A stretch of 64,000 bases of DNA from Octopus sinensis (taxonomy: Eukaryota): positions 66,960,001 to 67,024,000 of the forward strand of contig NC_043008.1 in the NCBI RefSeq assembly GCF_006345805.1, given 5' to 3'. Under the pieces are notes generated by a model. That model did not search any database. It was not told the DNA's origin and was given only the letters and a program-made list of their open reading frames with translations. The translations under genes were made by a program, and so were the position numbers. This document shows, piece by piece, positions 54,101 to 64,000 of the stretch (position 1 is the stretch's first letter; every line of letters begins with the position of its first letter).

Positions 54101-56523
54101 TATCCTATATCTGTTTCAGTATTAAACTGCAGCCATGCTGGAACACCACCTTGAAGAATTTTACTCAAATGAATTGACCTAGGTACTTACTTTGTTAAAA
54201 CCTGGTACTTGTTCTATCAGTCTCTTTTGCCAAACCACTAAGTCATGGGGATGTAAACACACCAACACTAGTTGTCAAATGATGGTGGGGAAGACAAACA
54301 CTGACATAAAGACACATACACACACATATACAATGGGTTTCTTTCAGTTTCCATCTACCAAATCTATTCATAAGGCTTTGGTCACCATGAGATTATAGCA
54401 GAAGATACTTACCTAAGTTGCTACACAGTGGGACTGAACCTGGAATCATGAGATTGGGAAGCAAGCTTCTTACCACATAGCCATTAGATTTTTTTTTTTT
54501 TTTTCCTCATTTAGTTAGAAATAGGGGTAGTGACCATGTCTCCTCTACAGATTCTGCAAAACGGGTGGGAGGGGTGGAAAAAAGGTATTCCCAAACCAGA
54601 AATCTTGCTTGGGGGCTAGCAACAGAGCAGGCTTCACTAAAAGCACTCAGAGTGCTAGGTGATGGCAGGCAGCTTTGCAGCACCTTAAGTCTATCACCCA
54701 AGAAGGCCATAGTGAGATTTGATCTCACAACATAGACATCACAATACTGCTTTTCTGAGTCCTTAGACTCATTAGGTTGGTTACCTGGTTTCCATGACAT
54801 GTAAGTGACCAAGATAACAACTCTCTCTTTGAATGGGATGCCAGTCTGTCACAGTGTTACTTGTTTACAGTCGAGTGAACTGGTGCAATATAAAATGAAG
54901 TGTTTTACTCATAACACAATTCACTGCCAAGACTGGGAATCAAAGCCATGATTGTGTGATTAGAGTGCAATACCTTAACCATTAATCCACATAGAACAAA
55001 TATTGCAAGGAGTCATTTGTACTGCCTTCAGGTCTCACAGAGGCAGTGACAAGTGACCGAGACCTTTGGCGATATACCAAGCTTGAGAAGACCTGTCAAG
55101 CCAGGTGAGATTGTAGTTGTAGCCATTACCAGTGTTGTGTAACTGGCACCTGTGCCAGTGTAATGGGACATTGGTGGCACATAAAAAGCATACACTATGC
55201 TCTTGGAGTGGTTGGTGTTAGGAAGCTGTAGAAACCATGCCAAATCAGATTGGAACCCCAGCTTACCAGTTTTCAGTCAAAGCATCCAACCCATGCCAGC
55301 ATGGAAAACAGACATTAAATGATGATAATGATGATGATCCCAGCAGATGCCCTAACAATTACACCAGTATACAGCCCCAAACTGGTGTTTTTCTTCTTGA
55401 GTTTGCTTTAGCATGCTCCAACTGCTTTCTTTACATCTCCACCCACATTATATATAATGTGGGGGGAAGCCATGTATCTCCCTTATTATAAGACATCTGT
55501 GATTGTTCTTCCATCATACATTAGCCTTTCAACAGCTGACATAAAGCCACCTCTCTCTCTGAAATATTCTACTCACTTAGTAGAGAGAGCATTTGCCTAT
55601 TCTTTCTTCCTTGTTCTTTTTCTGTCTTGGAGGTACTTGGAAACCTACACCCACTAAACACTATAAAATGGTTGGCACCAGAAAGGCCATTCAGCCATGG
55701 AAACCATATTAAAGCAAACACTGGGACTCGACACGACCTTGTGGCTCGTCAGATCCTGTCAAATCATCCAGCCAAAACTAGCAAGGAAAGGGGATTTTAA
55801 ATAATGATGATGATAATGATGATGATGACTATGATGATGATGACTGATGATGATGATGATAATGGCCAAAGTGGTGAAAGGTAAAGTTGACGCACAACAA
55901 GATTTGAACTCAGAACATAAAGAAGTGGAATAAATGTGGCAAGGTACTATGGTGCTGACTAAGTAAATAAATACCATTCTATGATGGCTGTTATAGATTT
56001 CTGGCTTTTATATTTCTCCTAGTGAATGGTCCGGTACGTTTTTAGCTTCAATCGATTCTAACTTTCCATAATTATACCTCACCAATAATGGATATTCCTG
56101 TCTTTTATAATCCTTGACCACTCAACATAATTTATGGCCACAAGGTAATAAACAGGCTTCCAGATACACAGACACACACAATAACATGGACTTGCGAAAA
56201 TATATGTATGCATAGATTTGTGCACACATACACAATGCATTCAGATTCGCATACAAAGACACACTCATAAAGACATACATATATAAACAAATATATACAA
56301 TCACACATGCCTGTACACACACTCAGACATGCACCCACATGCTAACACATATACAAATATATACATACACACAAACAGATAAACACATATGCAAGCATGT
56401 GTGCATTCCAGTCTGTGTACATAATTGTATAATAGAGGTTCACTTCCTATGTTGTTTGTATTTGTGCCTTTTATAGTTTTTTCTTTTGTAGCTCTAATTT
56501 TTTTAATATATATATCAGAGGTA

Positions 56524-57350
56524 TGTGCATATTGTATTTGTATTATGCTGTTTGTATCTGTTTTTTTTTTGTGTTATGCTTTCTCTCTCAGTCTTTAGTC
56601 GTCATGTTGTGTGGTGTGGTGGTGGGTGTTATTGTTCCATTCATCTTTTCTATTGAGGCTCGGTCTGTCTGTTACTATGCGTGTAGCCTCTGTGATCTGT
56701 GCAAGTGTCATGACAGTTTTATGCATTGATAATACTTTGACCTCTATGCTTTTGACTGAGCCTCTATGATCTGCTTGAGCATGTTGATAGAGCACTGACA
56801 AGCTTTCTTCTTTGAGCTCTCACCAGTGTTCAACTATATGTTCTCATATGCTGCATGCTGTCTCTCCAATATAAGTAGTTGTAAGGCTTCTGCACTGTCC
56901 CTCAGTACATCATAAGCTATACACTATATTCCTAATGTTACAGTTAGCCTGTGGGTTCGTCCTACATACAATACAATTGTTCTCAGTATATGGGAACCTA
57001 TTGAAGGGATAAGTTCAACAGATCAAGGATTTTATAGGGGCACCAGCCCTTTCTACTACTTTAATCCATAGATTACCCTTATTTAATGTTTTTCTAATGT
57101 TTTTCTCAAGCAGGACATAGAGGCTCAGTCAATAACATAGAGGTCAAAGTATTATCAACACATAGAACTGATACGACACATAGACAGCTCATAGAGGCTA
57201 TCAAATAGTAATAGACAGACCAAACCTCAATAAAAACACAAATGGAACAATAACATCCACCACCACCACACCACACCACACAACATGATGACTAAAGACT
57301 GAAGGGAGAAAAAAAAAACATACACATACAAATATAAACACACACATTGA
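56524..57350. mobile_element. Foldback element with about 250-bp imperfect inverted arms
   Basis: 56524-56770 is the reverse complement of 57113-57350 (e.g. gataatactttgacctctatg / catagaggtcaaagtattatc). Confidence 0.75.
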
Positions 57351-58036
57351 AAGATGTGTGTGCGTGTGTGTGTTTATGTATAAATCATTTTGTATTAATA
57401 ATTTTCTTTTACATTCTTTCAAATTTTCGTTCATCATTAGGAAAGTGTAATTTACATTTCTTCATTTTCTTGCATGTTATGATACTTCACATCTTTGCTA
57501 CTCCCAACAAATGAAAAGAGACGTTTTTGTTTAGTATTTTTAGGGCTGTGCGGGTGGCACGTAAAAAGCACCCACTACACTCACGGAGTGGTTGGCGTTA
57601 GGAAGGGCATCCAGCCGTAGAAACACTGCCAGATAAGACTGGGCCTGATGCAGCCTTCTGGCTTCACTGACCCCAGCTGAACCGTCCAACCCATACTAGC
57701 ATGGAAAGCGGACGCTAAATGATGATGATGATGATGATTGAATTTTCACTGGCTTTCATTGTGTGTGTGTTTATTCATATGCGTGTATGTTCAATGTGCA
57801 CAAGAGGTAGTCATTTAATGTACGGAGTTCAATAAGTATCAGAACAGACTGCTCGAGTGAGTGTCAATTATTTTCTTGAAATTGGTGAGTAGCCTGATTT
57901 GTCTTTGATAGTGTGATGGTCTAAAACTATGGCCATATTACGTAACTAAATGCGTTCTCTTAGTTAAATAATTTCAAAATGATTCAGCTCAACCAATAAG
58001 TGCTTATTGCATAACCAAGTCGCTGCATGCCACTGA

Positions 58037-58067
<31 letters not shown>

Positions 58068-58071
<4 letters not shown>

Positions 58072-59037
58072 GGCAGTGAAACATGGGCTGTGACTGCTGA
58101 GGACATGAAGCCAGTATGCTCCGCTGGATGTGTAATGTCAGTGTACATACTCGACAGAGTGTAAGTACCTTGAGAGAAAAGTTGGACCTAAGAAGTGTCA
58201 GATGAGATGTGCAAGAGGGACGACTGTGCTGGTATGGTCATGTGGTAAGAATGGATGAGGATAGCTGTGTGTAAAAGCGCCACACCCTAGCAGTTGAGGG
58301 AACCTGTAGAAGCGGTAGACCCAGGAAGACCTGGGATGAGGTGGTGAAGTATGACCTTCGTACATTATGCCTCACTGAGGCAATGACTAGTAACCTTTGG
58401 AAAAATGCTTTGTTTGAGAAGACCTGGCAAGCCAAGTAAGACCATAACCTTGTGGCCTAGGCCAGGGGTGTAACCAGTCCCACTTATGTGTACTTTTCCT
58501 TCATTGGACACTAAACTCTGTTTGCGAAGACTTGTTGAGGCAAGTGAAATCAAAATCGAAATCAAATTCAATGACTGGCATCCATGCTAGTGGAGCACTA
58601 AGAGCACCATCCGAGCATGACCATTGCCAGAGCAGCTGACTGGCTTCCATGCTGGTTGCACGTAAAAAGCACCATTCGAGTGTGATCGTTACTAGCATCA
58701 CCTTACTGGCACTTGTGCCGGTGGCACATGAAAAAACATTCAAATGAGGTCGTTGCCAGTGCCGCTGGACTGGCTCCTGTGCAGGTGGCACACAAAAAAC
58801 ACCATTTGAGCGTGGCTGTTGCCTGTACCACCTGACTGGCCCTTGTGCCAGTGACATGTAAAAGCACCCACTACACTCTCGGAGTGGTTTGCATTAGGAA
58901 AGGCATCCAGCTGTAGAAACTCTTCCAGATCAGATTGGAGCCTGGTGCAACCATCTAGTTCGCCAGTCCTCAGTCAAATCGTCCAACCCATGCTAGCATG
59001 AAAAGCGGACGTTAAATGATGATGATGATGATGATGA
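58068..59037 (+). mobile_element. 5'-truncated RTE-clade LINE (ORF C-terminus plus 3' UTR, (GAT)n tail)
   Basis: Frames include HGSETWAVTAED, MLRWMCNV and RRLCWYGHVVRMDED...GRPRKTWDEVVK. 3'-UTR fragments of the same family lie at about 17930-18200, 23810-24110, 28110-28500, 40610-40840, 41650-42010, 53650-54050, 55020-55340, 57540-57740, 61490-61980 and 63060-63410. Confidence 0.9.
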
Positions 59038-59220
59038 GTATTAATTAATAGATGGATTTCATATTAGACCTTTACTAGGTACAATGTATGTTTAGATCCA
59101 TCAATCTCTATAGTGAGACATCTTTATCAATGTACCTGAAGAGACCCAGACTGATGGGTTGAAACATGTTGTACCTAATAAAGGTCTAATACAAAATCCA
59201 TTGCCTATCAATTAATACTA
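59037..59220. mobile_element. Small foldback element with HHR motif at 59131-59174
   Basis: Reads gtac-CTGAAGA-GACCCA gactga TGGGTT-GAAA-CATG-TT^gtac. The left arm (attagacctttactaggtacaa) is the inverse of the right arm. Confidence 0.7.
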
Positions 59221-59386
59221 TTACCCTAACTGCCATTGGAGAGTTCCTTATGTAGATCCAATAGAAGTGTACCACAATTGTAAATGACAACCGGTAGCTT
59301 GAACTGTGCTGGTGTTCTACAGAACATTTAAACACACTAATTGACTTATAATTATTTGTCCAAATTAGTTATTATATATATATATA

Positions 59387-59800
59387 GGCGCAGGAGTGGC
59401 TGTGTGGTAAGTAGCTTGTTTACCAATCACATGGTTCCGGGTTCAGTCCCACTGCGTGGCACCTTGGGCAAGTGTCTTCTGCTATAGCCTCAGGTCGACC
59501 AATGCCTTGTGAGTTGATTTGGTAGACGGAAACTGAAAGAAGCCTGTCGTATATATGCATATATATGTATGTATGTGTGTGTATATGTTTGTGTGTCTGT
59601 GTTTGTCCCCCTAGCATTGCTTGACAACCAATGCTGGTGTGTTTTTTACGTCCCCGTCACTTAGCGGTTCGGCAAAAGAGACCGATAGAATAAGTACTGG
59701 GCTTACAAAGAATAAGTCTTGGAGTTGATTTGCTCGACTAAAGGCGGTGCTCCAGCATGGCCGCAGTCAAATGACTGAAACAAGTAAAAGAGTAAAAGAG
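59387..59800 (+). mobile_element. tRNA-derived SINE family A, well-preserved full-length copy
   Basis: Has a tRNA-like head (ggagtggctgtgtggtaag...ggttccgggttcagtccc), an internal (TA/TG)n and an (AAAGAGT)n tail. Approximate positions of other copies: 5722-6085, 10141-10495, 17040-17390, 18415-18795, 19925-20250, 25131-25300, 26180-26400, 33650-34030, 38470-38850, 41210-41590, 45205-45600, 53200-53590, 54110-54485, 59820-60200, 63430-63620. Confidence 0.9.
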
Positions 59801-60206
59801 TATATATATATATATATATTCTTTTATTTGTTTTAGTGGTTAGACTGCAGCCATGCTGAAACACCACTTTTAGCCAAAGAAATCGACCCCAGGACTTATT
59901 CTTTGTAAGCCTAGTACTCATTCTGTCGGTCTCTTTTGTCAAACCACTAAGTTACAGAGACATAAACACACCAACATCTATTGTCAGGCAATAGTGGGGG
60001 GACAAACACACACACACAAATACACACACATACACATACACACACACAGACATATCTATTTATATGACAGGCTTCTTTCAGTTTCCATCTACCAAATCAC
60101 TCACAAGGCTATAGTAGAAAACAGTTGCCCAAGGTTCCACACAGTGTACTGAACCCAGAACTATGAGGTTGGGAAGCAAGCTTCATACCACACAGCCATG
60201 GCTATG

Positions 60207-60256
<50 letters not shown>

Positions 60257-61448
60257 AAGCTTTCACACAGTAGTTTCCATTTACACCATTTACTCACACG
60301 ATATTAGTCAACCCAGAGATATTGAAGAACACACTTGCCCAAGGTACCATGCAGTGGGACTGAACCCAAAACCATGTGATTGCAAAGTGAGCTTCTTAAC
60401 TACACAGGAATGCTTGTTAAAAAAAACAACAAAAGGTAAAGTTACTTCTTCGAGTCATGCCGTCTCCTAAAGGCCAGTTTCCATGGTGTATACATTCCCC
60501 ACCTGGACGGGACTCCTGTCCGTCACAGGATTACTAATTTTTGCCAGCTGAGTGGACTGGAGCAATGTGAAAATGAAGTGTTTTGCTCAAGAACACAACA
60601 CGTCGTCCGGCCCAGGAATTGAAACTACAATCTTCCGATCAGGAGTTCAACGCCCTAACCACTAAACCACATGCCTCCACAAGGACATGCTTGCACCTAT
60701 ATATACAAATGTATGTGTGTGTGAGCGCGTGTGTATATATGCATATGCGTGTGCATGTATATTCATACACACACAGACATACAGTGAGAAACTACATGTA
60801 AATTCCATATAATCCAGCTATTATTAATCTTAATAATCATACATTTAACAACATAAATACAGATTTATGGGAGTTTAGAACATACACACACAAACTCACA
60901 CACGCACGCACGCACACACACACACACATACACACACACACATGCACATCACACGATGGTACTAACAAGGCTACATATACTGATTTTTATAACCAGTAAA
61001 ATATACACAAATACGTATTTACACCCACATTTGCTTATTCTTTCTCCTTATTTTCTTTCTTTTCCTTTTTTATTAATTAGTTTATTTATTTTTTCTTTTT
61101 ATTTATTTACTTATTTATGTATTATTATTTTGGGGGAGAAATATTGATTTTTATATAACATTGACATTCAGTCACGGACTTCTGTAGAAAGAGTCTCGTT
61201 CAAAGAGGAGAACTACAGTGTTATTTTATTAAACCAAAATATATCTTTCAATTATTTTATCAACACCAAGTTGACAGGAACAGGATGCTGAACCAAAGAA
61301 TGGAATTTCTATGTAGTCTATCAACTGCTAGAAGTACAGGGTATGGCAGAAAAATCTCCCAAATTTTACATGCTCATCTGTATGGTGGTAGAGAAGTTTT
61401 ACCATTTTGGTTAACAGTTGTTGTCAAGGTTTCTACTGGGGCACATTG

Positions 61449-61481
<33 letters not shown>

Positions 61482-64000
61482 ACCACCACTACCACCATCA
61501 TCGTTTAATGTCCGCTTTCCATGCTAGCACGGGTTGGTCAATTTGACTGAGGTCTGGCGAACCAGATGGCTGCACCAGGCTCCAATCTGATCTGGCAGAT
61601 TTTCTACAGCTGGATGCTCTTCCTAATGCCAACCACTCCGAGAGTGTAGTGGGTGCTTTTACATGCCACCAGCATGAGGGCCAGTCAGGCAGTACTGGCA
61701 ATGGCCACACTCAAATGGTGCTTTTTGTGTGCCACCTGCACAGGAGCCAGTCCAGCGGCACTGGCAACAACCTCGCTCGAATGTTTTTTCACGTGCCACC
61801 AGTACAAGTGCTAGTAAGGCAATGCAGGTAACAATCACGCTCAAATGGTGCTTTCGGCGTGCCACTGGCATGGAAGCCAGTTTGTTGCTCTGGCAACGAT
61901 CACACTTGGATGGTACTCTTAGTGCTCCACTAGCACAGGTGCCAGTCATCGAATTTGATTTCGACTTCACTTGCCTTTGCTCTTAAAATATTCATTAAGA
62001 AAGGTGAATTTGGGAGGTATTTTGGTCATACCTGGTAACTATCTAATATTGGTTTCAAATTTTGACACAAGGCCAGCAAGTTCAGAGGAGGGGGTAAGTC
62101 GAAAACATTGACCCCAATACTAGACTGGTACTGGTTTTATCAACCCCAAAATGATGATAGGCAGAGTTGACCTCAACGGAATTTGAACTCAGAATGTAAA
62201 GTCGGACAAATACCACTAAGCATTTTCCCCTGTGTGCTTACAATTCTCTAGGTTCACCACCTTATGACTATCTAATATTCCCAATATACTATATTAGCCA
62301 GTGTATAAGATGCGCTCTGGTATAAGACACACCCTATTTTAGAAGGATAATTAGTAGAAGGAAACAAATTTCATATATTTCATCATGTAGCTGTTGAAAG
62401 ATATTTTGGTGCAGTTTTATAGGTGAGGGAAGGAAACGTTAGCACGCCAGGCGAAATGCTTGGCGATATTTCGTCTGCCACTATGTTCTGAGTTCAAATT
62501 CCACCAAGGTGGACTTTGCCTTTCATCGTTTCGGGGTCGATTAAATAAGTACCAGTTACACACTGGGATCGATATAATCGACTTAATTCGTTTGTCTGTC
62601 CTTGTTTGTCCTCTCTGTGTTTAGCTCATTGTGGGTAGTAAAGAAATAGGTATTTCGTCTGTCGCTACGTTTTGAGTTCAAATTCCGCCAAGGCCGACTT
62701 TGCCTTTCATCCTTTCGGGGTCGATTAAATAAATACCAGTTATGCACTGGAGTCGATATAATCAACTTAATCCGTTTGTCTGTCCTTGTTTGTCCGCTCT
62801 GTGTTTAGCCCCTTGTGAGTAGTAAAGAAATAGGTATTATGCATACAAAATTCAATATTTTGACAGAACACTAGAATAAAATATGAAACGACAAATTTAT
62901 CATAAAGAAACTACATTATGGGAGTCTCATGCTTCAACTTTATCTTATTCAGATCAACTGTACAGTTGTATATATTTTGGTCAAGAGTATTTATATAGGA
63001 TTTAAATACCTCATATTTTTGGCTGTAGTGTTTTCTGTTATCCCAATCAGCCACTGAGGTGGTACACCAGTTAACTGGCGTTTGTGCCGGTGGCACATAA
63101 AAGGCACCATTCGAGCTTGATCATTACCAGCACTTACTGGCACTTGTGCCAGTGTGCAGGTGACATATAAAAACAAAACACCATTTGAGAGTGGCCGTTA
63201 CCAGTACCGCCTGACTGGCCCTCATGCCGGTGGCACGTAAGAGCTCCCACTACACTCTCAGAGTGGTTGGTGTTAGGAAGGGCATCCAGCTGTAGAAACT
63301 GCCAGATCAAGATTGGACCCTGGTGCAGCAATGTGGTTCGCCAGCCCTCAGTCAAATCATCCAACCCATGCTAGCATGGAAAGTGGACGTTAAACAATGA
63401 TGATGATGTTGTCATCCACTCATTGCAAATAGCTGACAGAAAATTTGTTAGTGTGTTTATATCCCCATAACTTAGTGGTTTGGCAAGAGAGACAGATAGA
63501 ATAAGTACCAGGCTTTAAAAAATAAGCACAGAGATTGATTCATTCAACTAAAAATTCTTCAGGGCAGTGGTCCAGCATGGCCACAATCTAATGACTGAAA
63601 CAAGTGGAAGATAAAAGATTCCTTTCAACTTTCTAGGAGAATATTTTTGTTTAAATAATTAAACAAATGTTTCTTAAAGGTAACACAGTCATATAATAAT
63701 GCAAGACATATGTTAGATGTAGTTAATATACACTGGGGAAGGAGATACAATGAGATGATGTGACCTCCTCACACTACTGCTGACATACTGTAAGCAATTT
63801 TTCATAAGTATGTGCTAACAGACTGTGATATTTTGGCTTCTTTTCAATATTTAATTATTAGTAACAATTACTGTGCTTAATAGACTGATGGTCCTCCAGC
63901 TCCCTCACCTTTGACACTTGGGTTCCCAGCCATCATATGGCTGCATTAAACAGTGTTTAATGCAGCCATATATTGGCTGGGAACATTTAAAAAGAAAAAC

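Overview
AT-rich, repeat-dominated animal genomic DNA, very probably an octopus (inferred from tRNA-derived SINE families, RTE-type 3' tails ending in (GAT)n and abundant microsatellites; no database check possible). The only well-supported protein-coding sequence is two small minus-strand exons (16534-16578, 45 nt; 14075-14184, 110 nt) of a Cys-loop ligand-gated ion channel of the nicotinic acetylcholine receptor family. They encode DEKNQVLTTAVWIYE|EWIDENLKWEPEVYQGLNMIVVPSELLWVPDIFIFNT. The other exons were not found in the window. Nearly all ORFs in the supplied track are microsatellite or repeat artefacts. The rest is SINEs, decayed LINEs (RTE, R4/Dong, Tx1-like), Penelope-like elements, mariner/maT derivatives, Helitron-type non-autonomous elements and MITE/foldback elements. 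The main hidden signal is a set of hammerhead ribozyme (HHR) motifs. One is intact and lies in a 353-bp direct-repeat unit resembling a retrozyme (40096-40562), and another near-intact one is at 645-736. Several decayed ones sit in small palindromic foldback elements and are eroded mostly at CpG positions.
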